Positions 1-13,700 of a DNA stretch of 64,000 nucleotides are shown one piece after another. This stretch comes from Bugula neritina (lineage: Eukaryota; Animalia; Bryozoa), in the NCBI GenBank assembly GCA_964035545.1, contig OZ037768.1, forward strand, positions 22,229,319 through 22,293,318. Reading direction: 5' to 3'. The translations under genes were made by a program, and so were the position numbers. The notes under the pieces are model-generated. The model had not been told where the DNA came from and did not search any database. It saw only the letters and a list, made by a program, of their open reading frames with translations. The first letter of the stretch is position 1, and the number at the start of each line of letters is the position of its first letter.

Positions 1-389
1 ATTAAGTGGGTATAGACTATCAGTTATCACTATGGAGTCTAAATTAAATATTCACTTTTACTTTTAGTGATTTACTTTGACTTCGAGTATGTGAACTTCA
101 ACTTCAAGTTTAAAGTCAAACTAAGTCCTCTAACTTAGTATCAGACTCTGAATGACACTTACAGTCACACTCACAATGTGACTGTCATTCACGGTGAGTT
201 ATTCACCTTCGGAGTCACACTCAATCTCAGAGTTGAGAGTGAGTCACCGTCAGTCTCAGTCTGAGTCAGTGTCGCTGAGAGTGAGTCAAACTCAAATTGA
301 TATTCGGAGGTCGAATTAGCTGACAACATCGCAAATGTAACTGTTTTGTAACAATACACCATCATTAGCATTTGATAAATCTAGCTTAC

Positions 390-469
390 CGATTGTCATT
401 GCCACCACGACGACCATTAAAATCCTGGCCATGTGAATAATTATTGAAGCTATCTCGATAATCTGCCAT
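390..469 (-). CDS. First coding exon of a gene running off the left edge; N-terminus resembles eIF4H/RRM-type RNA-binding proteins
   Basis: ATG at 469 in context AACATGG, reading MADYRDSFNNYSHGQDFNGRRGGNDN(R), followed by donor GTAAGC. Upstream acceptor TTGCAG at ~549 and donors at ~582 and ~679. The resemblance to eIF4H (MADF...GGRG) is from memory and only suggestive. Confidence 0.5.
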
Positions 470-679
470 GTTGAAGTTTCCAGGTTGCGCGCAAGCGCGA
501 TAATAAACTCACGGCGAGTCAATGTCGTCCAGCGTTTAAAGTTTAGCCTGCAAATGTTAAAATATCCCGCGTGTAAGCTTACGGCTATTATAACTTATAA
601 AGTTAGCACCGTTAATAGAGCTATATGGCATTTATAGAACTCAATTGAGTATTATCAACAAATATAAAATTCCGCTTAC

Positions 680-1020
680 AGCAGCACCTAGTTGGCAGTC
701 ACTGAATGCAATAATTGGAGAGAGAGTTCAAGTTAGTTAATACAACCAACCAATCACTGAACTAGAAATTATATCTTTTTAATTCACTAAACTGGTAAAG
801 GTCATAATATTTCCAAAATATTTTTTTTAGTTCAGTGTATACAACCATTGAACTATAACTATAGTTTCAGTTCAGTGTATACATAATACAACTATGTATA
901 TACGAATACCGTAGAGGTATTCACCCCCAGCTTGGCGCTGCTTCTAATAATAGTGATCATTATAATGCCGTTCACGTGTTATAGGTTAAAGCGTAGAAAT
1001 AGCCATAGGTGTCGATTGTT
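680..1020. promoter_or_regulatory. Probable bidirectional promoter region with E-box CACGTG (973-978) and a minus-strand pyrimidine tract CTCTCTCTCC (726-717)
   Basis: Lies between two divergent genes. The motifs are read directly; their function is inferred. Confidence 0.45.
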
Positions 1021-1774
1021 GTCAGTATAACTATTCATATTGTACTCTATTAGTATTAGTATTAGTATTAAATTTACTATAACTTTAACTATAAGTATAC
1101 ATTTACATTAGCTGATGGTAGTATTAATACCAATACTCATACTCAAAGTTAAAGTCAATCTCAAACGTGTGAAAGTCCATATGCATTATGATTATCATTA
1201 TGATTATGATTATGTCTGAATTATGATTATCATTATCATTATGAGTCACTCATTATTATTATGATAATGATTATTATTATCATATTCGGCTAGTGAATGT
1301 TATGCCCATAATGATACTGATTACATTTAATGATTTATGTTTACTGATTAGCCTTAGGCTTAGCATTATCATTATGATTATCAGTATCAGTATGGTTATT
1401 AATAAAGTTAGTACTTATAGTAATATTTATATACTAATAATATTTATATTCAATTTCATATTGATATTCATTTTGAATAATTCATTAAATGATTAATTGT
1501 GTCTTGTGATATAATCATAATGACTTTCCTACAGTATGATATTATAATTATTTATAATACTCAATATTTTTCCAAGTGCGGTATTGCTATCGATGTTGAT
1601 TTTAATTCTGCTCGACGTGTGTTGGAAATTAACTTATAATATTAATACTGATAGCACTAATTCTATTGCTAAATATAAAATAGTAAATATTTTAGGATTT
1701 GTTTAGTGAAACCCTACTGTCTAATATGTAAATAGCTTATATGTAAGTATGCAATGTGAATGTTTTAGTGGAAA

Positions 1775-4700
1775 ATGCAATTGAAAAGCTTAGAGACTGA
1801 AAAAGAAGCTGAAAATAAAGGCAAAAGTATACCGATGAGCTTAAGTGTCAAACATAACATATCTCAATCCCAATCACTACTGGATCTCTTTTGGAAACTT
1901 GCTGTAACAGATGAAGAAGAGAGAATTAATGCAGCCACACAGTTGGTGGCCACTTTAAAAAAAGTAACTGACTTTGCTCGGTTAAAATTCGAGTGTTGAG
2001 ATTTTTATGTTTTGTTGATCTAATATATACCTTGTTATAAAAGATTCACTTAAAGTTTGTCATTTACCTTTTTAAAACTAATTTATTAGCTTGTGCGTAA
2101 TGTTTACAATTTGTATCATATCAATTCCTTAAATCTAAGAAAATAGCTTCTAATGCTATAGAAAAGTTCAATATGGGACAAGTTCTATTTACATATAAAT
2201 ACAAATTTGTGTCAGAATGTGGAAAATGGAGATGAAGACGATTCACTCCAGTATTCGGCGAAGCGTCTGCTAGTTGGTCTCAGCTCTAACCGCCAAGCTG
2301 CTCCTCTCGGCTTCGCCACCGCTCTCTGTGAAATCTTGAGAGAGTTTTCAGACAATTTCCATACAGCGCAGCTTATTGCTATGATAAAAGAATGTCTACA
2401 GCCTGCCAAGCAAGACAACCGTTCAGTATGTCACGTCTCTTAAAGTTTCGAACATTTAAAATGTGAATTCAGTGGAAATTTGTTTTAATTTAATTTTACA
2501 ATAAAAGTTTAAGCATTTATTGTTTTCTAGCACCATACCCACTGCAGCATAGGAAAAATACTGGCATACTCAAGTCTTATTCGGTCTGGAATAATAAAAC
2601 AGGTGAGTTGAAGGTTAAAGTTGCCATCAGTTCTGACCTTTGGTCTGTACTTGAACGATCGATTTTTTAAAAATACCATTAAGATTATGTTGTGCTTTAA
2701 AACATAAATACCACCAATTACAGCTCCAACACTAACAACGTTTTTGTCACTAAGTTTAAAACCTTGAACTTCTTGCACAACTTGTTGTATTCTGTTGATG
2801 TTGCGAACGTTTATGTTGCTATAAATCATGTGACTACAGGCTGGTGATGCAGACGTTAGAGCTGTTGTCAGTTCTCTCGTTACTATCAAGACTCGGTATA
2901 CTATGCTCAGCTCAGCAGCTACAGACTGTCTTATCCAACTCTGTCAGGCAGTTAGTAACTTTAAATCTATCTAATTATATCACCCTAGTATCAGCTTAGT
3001 TTTATATATTAATATCACCTTAGTATTACCTCAGTTTTGTCTAATAATTTTACCTTAGTATTAGCTCAGTCCTATCTATTAATATCACTTGCTAGTTTAA
3101 CTCTTGTCTCGGTTGTTATATAAAGCTGCTTTGTGATGTGCCCATTCACCTGAGTACATAACACAGTTCACCTGAGTACATAACACAGTTCACCTGAGTA
3201 CATAACGCAGTTCACCTGAGTACATAACACAGTTCACCCGAGATTTTGCTGAGCTCTTAACATAACACATTGGCTGTGCTTGAAACTGCTGCGATGAATC
3301 TTGAAAGCTAGGACTGTAAAGGACACTAATCCTACAAAAATATTAGCTGTACTAGTCTCAAAAAGCAATATTTAGATAGCAAAATGCTTGACTAGTCTCA
3401 TGATGTTGTGGACACAAACTTCCTAGCCGGACACATCAGCTTAAAAGCTTTTTCCATAGAACTTTTCTTATCTTGAAAAAAATTCTTGAGATTCACTGTT
3501 TATGTTCGTAAAAAATAACATATTTTCTACTGGATGAAAATAAGTTGATAGCTTTTCTAGAGATGTGTGCTACATTGTAGAATATATATATTTATACTTT
3601 TGCTAAATTAATAAGTGCCACTGAAGCTTCTCAATTGCAAGCTTATATAAATTACAGTCAGCAATAGGTCTGCTATTTGTATGTTTGGTTTCTCATCAGC
3701 TGCCTCCAGACGATCTGCGTGACATCGTAACTGAACTACTTGGTGAGGATCTCACAAGTGGGTGGGAGAAATGTACAGCAGATACCTTACAGCTGCTCCT
3801 TGTGCTACAGGAACAGGTACTGTTTCTTTTATTGCACACTCAGCAATACCGGCAGTAAAACAATGCACATCTGCACTAAAATAGTGCATATCTGCAGTAA
3901 GAAAGAAACATGGAATGGCCATAGAAAAATATGTTGAAAGCATTTTTCGAATTAAACATATTTTATGGCGATTCAAGTTTTTGTTCTGGCAACTTTGTTG
4001 ACTAAAGTTATCTAAATCATTGACTCTTCTTATCATGCCATCAAATTAATACTGGCTGAAATAAGCAAATACTGTCATCTTTTTTATAAATAGTGAGACT
4101 TGTATCTTTTTTTTAATTTGATTTCAAGCTTTTTGTAGGCTATAAATCACATTTAATTGACCATGTTCTTTTCTAAGAATTATGCGTTTTTATCACAATT
4201 GTTACTAATTATTCTATCTTGAGTTTTGGGTATTAGAAAGTCTTTCCTGAAGTCTCGGAACACAAATCTGATCACCGGTTGCTGCCGACTGAGTAAGAAT
4301 CTGGAATGCTGTCAAGGCTGTACTGTGATAGTATCGTATTTTTTTAGAAAGTTCTAGACGCAGAGTATATTAGTGAACACTGGGGAGTAGAGAAGTTGGT
4401 GTGTCGTAAGACCTTCCCCTATCTGGCTAGAATCATGGTACAGAGTACGACTCACCACCCTATTGTACACCCTGTGAATGCCATGATAGTGTCACAGGCT
4501 GTCGCTGCCGGGCCTAAGGTCAGCAGCAAGCTGTGGAAGGATGTAATCATAGGTTTGTATGCGTCTCTGCAGTTTTTAAATGTTTGGTCCCAAGAAGAAT
4601 AACTGAGTAATATAGTATATACTAATAGTACTAATAGTACTATTAGTACTAGTCCTATTAGTACTAGTACTAATAGCATAGTTACTCTGTAGTATATACT

Positions 4701-7651
4701 AATAGTATAGTTACTGTGTAGTATATACTAATAGTATAGTTGCTGTGTAGTATATAATTATAGTATAGTTACTGTGTAGTATATACTAATAGCATAGGTA
4801 CTGTGTAGTATATACTAATAGCATAGGTACTGTGTAGTATATACTAATAGTACAGTTACTGTGTAGTATATATACTAATAGTATAGTTACTGTGTAGTAT
4901 ATACTAATAGTACAGTTACTGTGTAGTATATACTAATAGTATAGTTACTGTGTAGTATATACTAATAGTATAGTTACTGTGTAGTATATACTAATAGTAT
5001 AGTTACTGTGTAGTATATACTAATAGTATAGTTACTGTGTAGTATATACTAATAGTACAGTTACTGTATAGTATATACTAATAGTATAGTTACTGTGTAG
5101 TATATACTAATAGTACAGTTACTGTGTAGTATATACTAATAGTATAGTTACTGTGTAGTATATACTAATAGTACAGTTACTGTGTAGTATATACTAATAG
5201 TATAGTTACTGTGTAGTATATACTAATAGTATAGTTACTGTGTAGTATATACTAATAGTATAGTTACTGTGTAGTATATACTAATAGCATAGTTACTGTA
5301 TTGTATATACTAGTAGTATAGTTACTGTGTAGTATATACCAATAATATAGTTAACACATGGTATGGTATTTTAGGAGAAGTTTACAACACGGAGAAACAC
5401 TCCCGATGTTATATGATTTACCAGCTCATCTCAGAAGTTTTAAAATCATCTGACAAGATACAGTCTGTAAGTCTTCTGGCTTTTATCAGTTTGACCGCTT
5501 GCTTCTTCCAATATGGCTGCTGCTGGTTTCTGCCAATATGGCTGCCGATTTTGTTGCAACTCTACTTTACCTAGATGTTGCTTGAATCAGTTGCATAAGA
5601 ATAGTGTTTTTAGACATAAATTTGCTATTCTTGTACCTCACTACATGTTAGTACTGTGATTGTATACATGTTCTTGGCTAGGTGGCCAGCATCTTCTGCC
5701 CTGAGCTAATTGGTCCGTTGATGCGGCAAATGACCAATAGAGATACTTATCTGCACAAAGCTGCAGTTAAACTTGTAAGTGTTCATTGTTCCTATAGTTT
5801 ACCGGAATCTTCTTCTATTTCAACTCTTGGTATGAAAGTTCAAGCTGGCAATGTGTGCTACTAATATTGTGAGGAGCTTTGTTATGAGATTTGTTATGAG
5901 ATTTGTTTCTTATAAAGAAAGTCACAAGTTTTATCCTCATCATTCAAGTCTTAGCTTCTTGAACTTATTTAAAGTTGTACAGTTTTTATAGAACTTTAGT
6001 ATTGAAGTAAACTAGGTACAGTAAACCGATAAATTAATAAACTAGATCAATAGATCAATATACTAGGTGTAGTAAACCAATAGATCAATGAACTAGGTGC
6101 AGTAAATTAATAAACTCAGTACATTTATGGATTGTTTTCTTCAAAGATCTTCATCTCGACTCCTTGCGTTATCCACCATTACTACCAACTGTATTGAATA
6201 CACCTAAACTCAGGTCATCTGTATGCTATACATACATATATATGTATATATATATGTATGCTATACATACATACATACATATATATGTGTGTGTTATAGA
6301 TGGCCGATATAGTAGATGTTATCAAAAAGACAAGTAAAGGGAGCTTACAGCTGGAAATACTGCGCTGTCTACTCACAGAGCCTGGATCCTTCATGTTTGA
6401 CTCTATCACTGCTACCAGAACCGTCTCAAATATCATTTCTAATGTGAGATTTATAATATATACTAGATCTAAGAGGTTTTCTGTGCCATTGAATAATCTT
6501 CTTGTAACTTAGACTCGTGTTTTATTTACAAACAAGTTCAAGAATGTTCTGTTATTCTACTTGATGTAGAGTCTTGACCAAAGCAGACGCATCCTGATTT
6601 GTGAATACAAAATGTCTGCATAATATCGCTGTATGTTAGCTCAGTTTGTAAATCTCTCATTGGTCTATTCAGTATTGGAGTTATGCTTCCAATAGTTTTC
6701 TGATTATCATTTTCCAGCTGTCGGCTGATGCTGCTAAAGAGTTTAGCCAGGATTTAATGAGTGTCATATCGGCAGCAGCACCTCTCTGGTGAGTCTAGAC
6801 TTTAGTAGATCTGCTGTCCCTAATCTGGTGGTTTCTTTAGTCTTTTTTATCCTATGTAGGGTTGTGAGTAACTTAGTGAATTCTAAATCTAAACATTTGT
6901 ATCCATGCGCTGCCACCTGCCGGATGTTATTGCATGTCATGTGGTGGCAAATGTCACTTGCTGTGACAGTGTCACATGATGTCACTTGTCACATACTATT
7001 GCATTTCATTTGGTGTCACATGTCACTTGCTGTCACATGTGCTATAAACCTTTGAGAATATATTGAGATGGGATTTTGCAGTGGTCGCCGTGGTGATGGC
7101 ATAGTGTCATGGTCCTCCATCACTCTCACACATCTCCTCAATATTCCTTCCATGAGACAGGATGTGTCCGACTCAACATGGCAGACAGATATACTCAAGT
7201 TCCTGTTTCTACATAGCTGCTTTGTCCTCAAACAGCCGCTACCCAAACTAGACCATGTAAGTCTCTACTGTAGGTCTGCTCATAGTAAGTGTATGTTAAT
7301 GTAGGTCACGTGTATATTATATGCGTTTTACCAATATATTAAAGTGGTATGCTTTTTACATAGACAAATGTTTGGTGTGTTGAAATGTTGAATTCTACTC
7401 AAATGATTTCACGTTTTACTTCGACCTGTGTTGTTTTGTCTCTTCAAGATCTGAACCAAACTTGATGTCTAAATATATATTTTATATACTACTCAGTATA
7501 AATATATGTATTGTATATATTACTCAGTGTGAAGAAGTCGTTACTTTGACAGACTCTGACAGACTGTCTATTAAAGAAGCCTTACTCAAAGGGTTGAGTA
7601 TCCTCTCCACATTTCAAACAGGTGAATGTGTGTGTATATCTGTATACAGGT

Positions 7652-7720
<69 letters not shown>

Positions 7721-10700
7721 GTATACAGGTAAGTGTGTGTATATCTGTATACAGGTAAATGTGTGTGTATGTCTGTATACAGGTTCTATATATTATGTAA
7801 CTAAATGCAGACGTATCTCTCTATGTAGGTCACAAGGGAGGTTCCAGTAAAAAAGCAGACGGATTGGATTACATGACAATTCTTGACTCACTATTCAAAT
7901 ATGCTTCTGTAAGTGGAATTCTTTGGAAATACCCTGTACTTGCGGTAGATATTGGCTAATGAAAGGGTATTGCTAACAGCTTAGTTATTTGTGTCAATGA
8001 CTGAAAAGTGTTCTGTCGTACTCAGTGGATGAAAGCAGAGTTAAACGTGCCTTTTTATAGAACTGAAAGTAACTCTGTGTGACATGCAATGAGCTCTGCA
8101 GCTGTTCCAGTCTAGAGCTCACTGGGTAGAAGAAACTGTCACTGTTTAGTTTCCTAGTACAATAAACCTGCCTGGAGACGCATTTCTCTGTAGACTATTA
8201 TATAGGTATATGATGTGTAAATAACAATACGCCATACAGTCTAATATCTATTGCAGAAGTTGGTTAGCTCCACCGAGAGTGTTGAGACATTTAGAGTTGT
8301 GTCCCCGCAAGAGTTGGACATCTGGAATCAAGTGGAAACAACGTGTAAAAAAATCACTAAACACCAAAAAGTACGTTTGAAAAGTTATTGATGCCGTCTT
8401 ACAGGCATAAGTTGAATACTAGTGCGGGAATTTTTAAATTTGTTTTTTTTAATCTGGTTCAGTAATTGAGTTCTAAAACGTTAAAATATGCACAATGAAA
8501 TGTCATTTGTGGTTTAAATGGTGCTTAAATTCTTTGTGTTTTTTGTGTGAAATCAGATATTGAATATTTTGTGATTCGGTTTTGTGTTTGGTAAGCAGAT
8601 TAAAATTGTATTTCTAGTTTATTATTATTACTGTGAAATACCTGCGACTTTCCTTCTTTTAGAGTGTGGGAGGAGACAAATCTAAAAGTGCGATGTTTGA
8701 AGCGTTTCAACTGATGCTGCAGTTGTTTGGCCTTCACCTTTACATAGTAGAGTCCTCGGAGAGAGCTGAAGTTATGGACACCATTCAGGTAGTTGCAATG
8801 ACCTAATTATTTTCAAACTTGAGTGCAAACCCTGTCAAGTAATATATTCTTCTGCTGGTTTCTAGAGTCAGTAAAAGTTGGAGTAATCTCCACGTGTCAA
8901 CCCAAATGGAATATGTTGTTAGGCTTGTTTGGTGATTGTCTGGTGCAGTCAATATAAGGTGTTATAACCGGCGATATGGTAGTCGACAAAGTTCTAACTA
9001 AGCAGTTTAGCAGTCAAACATAAAATGATGAATTGTTGTACTAGAGAATGATAATATAATTGAGTAATAGCTGTGTTGAATTTTGGTTCTCTTTAGTTTG
9101 TTTTAATAGTAATGCTCTTGTTTGCAGGAGATAACTACGTGCTTCAGCAAGGCTGTGAGTCGTACTCGCACCAACAAGGAAGGTGTGTATGATGGTTATA
9201 TGTTGTTTACCCGAGTGGTTGTTAGTATTATTATAAGGGTTGTGCTTATTTTAATATCTCAAGTTGCTATGTATGGCTATTAAAATGTGCATAGAAAATT
9301 TTTTAGAACTAATATAGATGTCAAAAATATGTGGTCAAATTAGCATAGTATATCATGTTATAGAAATAGTATAGACAAGCTATGTATATATTGTAGAACC
9401 AGTATAGACATGCAAGGTATAGATTGTAGAACTATTATAGAACTACGTATGTATTTCGTAGAACCAGAATGGTGTGAAGTTATCACTGAAGTACTCATCA
9501 GTTTGATGTCAAAATCCTCTCACCTGCTGCGTACTGTCAGCACCAGCGTGTTTACGAAGATTCTACCCATGTGTAACACTGCGTCTATTCAGCTTATCCT
9601 AGATGTGAGTATTATAACATGTGTAACACTGCGTCTATTCAGCTTATCCTAGACGTGAGTATTATAACATGTGTAACACTGCGTCTATTCAGCTTATCCT
9701 AGATGTGAGTACTATAACATGTGTAACACTGCGTCTATTCAGCTTATCCTGGATGTGAGTACTATAACATGTGTAACACTGCGTCTATTCAGCTTATCCT
9801 AGATGTGAGTATTATAACATGTGTAACACTGCGTCTATTCAGCTTATCCTAGATGTGAGTACTATAACATGTGTAACACTGCGTCTATTCAGCTTATCCT
9901 AGATGTGAGTATTATAACATGTGTAACACTGCGTCTATTCAGCTTATCCTAGATGTGAGTACTATAACATGTGTAACACTGCGTCTATTCAGCTTATCCT
10001 AGATGTGAGTATTATAACATGTGTAACACTGCATCTATTCAGCTTATCCTAGATGTGAGTATTATAACATGTGTAAAGTTACATTTATACCTCCACGATT
10101 TTCAGTCAGAAATTCAATTTGGCTGAGTTGAAATTTCACCGAGTTGCATTGCACTGTAAAAGCCACTCGTCGAAATTATTGGTTTCTGGTAACCTAATCG
10201 GCCGATTTCAGAATAACCATCATTGGGAAGGATAACTCCTTGTATATATCAGTATTTATGTTTATAATTATATCGACTGCCTTTCTCAATTATCGGCTGC
10301 CTTTCTCAATTATCGCTTTTATGCTGTCAGTTCAACTAATTTATTACGTTTTCAAAGGGCGTCAAATAGTGATTAAACGAGTTATATTTTAATATTATAA
10401 AGTGAGCTTCCGCATCAATATGTGACCTGGCACCACAAAACAAGGGATGTATATAAAATGTTGAAAACCTAGTTATTACTATGGAGTGATAGAACAGACT
10501 TTTTCAAACATTTTGCACTTTATTTGAAGTCTCTAGCATAAATAGAACTTGAGATATCAGTATTTATAAACTTAAACGTTTTTAGAATTTCTAAATTACT
10601 GTTTCGAGAAAATCGCGTTTAAAGTTGGCAACTCTACAATAAGTTGAGAATTATTTGTTTACAATTTACAAGCCTTAGCAACGGGTCTTTGTATGATAGG

Positions 10701-13700
10701 AATAGTGACAAATTTGGTATCAAAATAATTGTGAAAGTTTGGGCTTTCTGTTAAACTAAATTTCATGCTGCCTCAACATAAAATTAGGTCAAATATGGCC
10801 GCCAAACTTTTTGTCTAACTTATTTGTCAATTTGCTTTTTACTTTGTTTAATGATTGAAAGGTTCAACAATTCCAGCAAAGAAGAGGATGTTTCAGCAAA
10901 TTTGTGTGTTGAGATATTTGAATTAGGCATCCAAGTCAGCAGGAAGTCATATAAAACAAAATGGCAGCTGCTTCCTGTTATACATTGAATATCTTCCTCT
11001 CCTCTAATATATTGTGTAATATATCGAACTGCAGCTATTGAGCTGTGCTGTTTCATAGTTATTGCTTAATAAGTAGAACACTTATGAGAAAATCATTTGA
11101 CTATTATGAGATCATTCGAGATTTATTCATAAATATCTTTATAATCTCTAACGGCAACTAAATTTAGCAATTGATGTTGAAAATATAAACATAAAATCAG
11201 CGATTAGAACTTTTGAGTTTTATTAGGCATTAATATTCACATTTAAAACATCAAATACACTATTTTAAAAAACTAATTAAATGCAGTAACAAATCCAGCC
11301 TGGATACAACCATTATGCTTGAATTAACTCTAATTAAAAAAAGAAAATTAAGTAGCTTCTACGGTTTTTGCAAAAAATGCACTTTTCATCTTTCTACTTC
11401 CTTGGTCTTCATAATATGAGTTTACGGAGTATGGACACATAACATCATGTATGTGGCAAAAGCTTCATCACTATCATCAGCTGATTTTCTAGCAATTATA
11501 GATGCTGCTACTTGACATCTATTCTGCCAATCTATCCATCTATTGTCTATTCCAGAGCTGCAAGTACAATGTTGACTTTTTTAAATAACAAAAGAAAACG
11601 GTAGCTTGATTAGAAATTATAAGCAGTTATATTATAAAAATTTAGTTGGTTAAACACTCTTGTATTATGGCAGCAGTTAATTGTGATCCTGCATTTTATC
11701 AACATTTAAATGTATTGAATTAAACAGAACAATTTAAATTAAAAAAATTGTTGAAAATTTTCAAGCACATCATTAAAAGACTGCAAACCTTTTTATGAAT
11801 GAAATAAGCAGAAGCCATAACCTTGCAAGCCAAAATTCAGAGTGTCTACATTAGGAGTGTTAGATTGATAGGTAGTAGAGTTGTGTAGGTATAAGTCTTC
11901 ACTCTAATGCCCTTACAAGTCCACTTTCTAAAATGTACAGAATTATTCTATATTAACATAGTATTATCAGTAAAATTACACATTATGCACTTGAATATCT
12001 AGCATATCTGCAATTGGCAATTTTGAAGCAATGTCTTTCGATAACTATTAACCACTCAGGCATTTAATTGAGTAAAAAAGCTAGCTAAATGCAACTGAAT
12101 ATATTAAAGACATTTACTATAAAATCAATTTGAATTCAATAAATTACTTTAAAATATGAATAAACTTTTGCTCATCCTTTATAATAAAATTGAAAAGTTT
12201 AGACTGTTTATGCATTCAGTTAGTGTTACTACTCACTAAATAAGACTAAAAGTAACTTACTGAAGAACTAAGTCAGTCAACTATAGAATCAATATGAACT
12301 CGCATTAATATTTCATCATTATACTCATTTACATTTAATCACATTTACCATTTCAATTTGTTTATAGGTGATGCTTTTATCAATATAAATAGGATTACCA
12401 ATTGAGTTTTGACAGTAACTGTAAGCCTGCATAATGTGATAAAGATTTTATCATTATATTTTAAATCAAACTTTGAGCTAATTTGAAAATCACAAAAGGA
12501 AACGGTAGTTTGACTAGTAGGCCTATTGTTAATACTAATAGTAATAGTAATAGTAATCAGTAACTGTATTCACAAAATCTAAGACAGAGGCTAAAAGTTA
12601 CTAAGAATAAGTCCAATGTATATTTAAATATTAACTATAGAATAAATTAATAAATATAATACTATCAGTATAAGTATCAAGTTTTAAGACCGAAGGCGAA
12701 ACTCAGAGTCAGACTCAAATAGTGAATTTATAATTATTAATTATTACTTATACTAATACTATTAATATTAATGAGCTACATTTGGTTTCACTGCCAAATA
12801 CCAGTATCAGTAAATCATCATCATGAATAATATTCATTAATCATTATGATTATCATTATGAGTAACCGTACCTCAAACTGTGAGTCATAGTGAGAGTCAT
12901 TTAAACAGTTACTAGTAGTAGTATAGAATAAGAATAGAGTCAATAGTGAATAGACATAGTCACATACTCATACTGATACTCCTAGTCATAGTGAATGTGA
13001 TAGTATAAATATTAATAAATTGATAACTACAAATAATCCTGGCAACAATTCTAAGTTAGTAGCGTAAATGATTGTTTTGAGCATAATTACCTGTATTGTT
13101 GTGATTTTCAAGCTTGAACGCTAAAGATAAAGATTAAGTTTAGCATTTATCACCAAAGGGCAAAACAGCTCAGTAACTTAAAAGCTAACTTTGGATGGAA
13201 CACGATGAAAAACTAAAACTAGCCTGCGATTTTAAATACGATGCTTCTGATAATGCGAAGAAAGAGGTGTAAGCTAAACTCATTTGATAAAAAATAAATT
13301 TGCAAGATCTCACCCTATGAAAATGACTAAAATTGTCTTCTTTCTTTATTTGATAACTTCGCAATTTTTTCATCATTTAAAAAATTGAATGCCTTAGTTA
13401 CCAACTTTAAATGCAATTTTGGAGCTGAAGAAATTATCAAATGCTTACGAAAGTATGATTTTTGAAATCCTTGGACTTTTTTGTATTAGAAAAGTTCAAA
13501 ACCTAAAAACTGGAAAATAATTTCAAAGTTAAGTATATCCAAATTAAACCTTCATTTACTACACTTTATAAACGCCGCCACATCCCCGGTTTTGTCGCGA
13601 CTGGTCACATATGATGTTAACGATATTCGGTACAACTATAAAGGGGTACTCAGACGAGTGAAATTAACTGAAACTCAATACTTTTTTCAGCAGAGCTATA

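Noticed and set aside
1293-1496. Hydrophobic Ile-rich ORF (also 189-371 and 33034-33249)
   Set aside because: By-product of ANT periodicity and AT richness; no splice or homology support.
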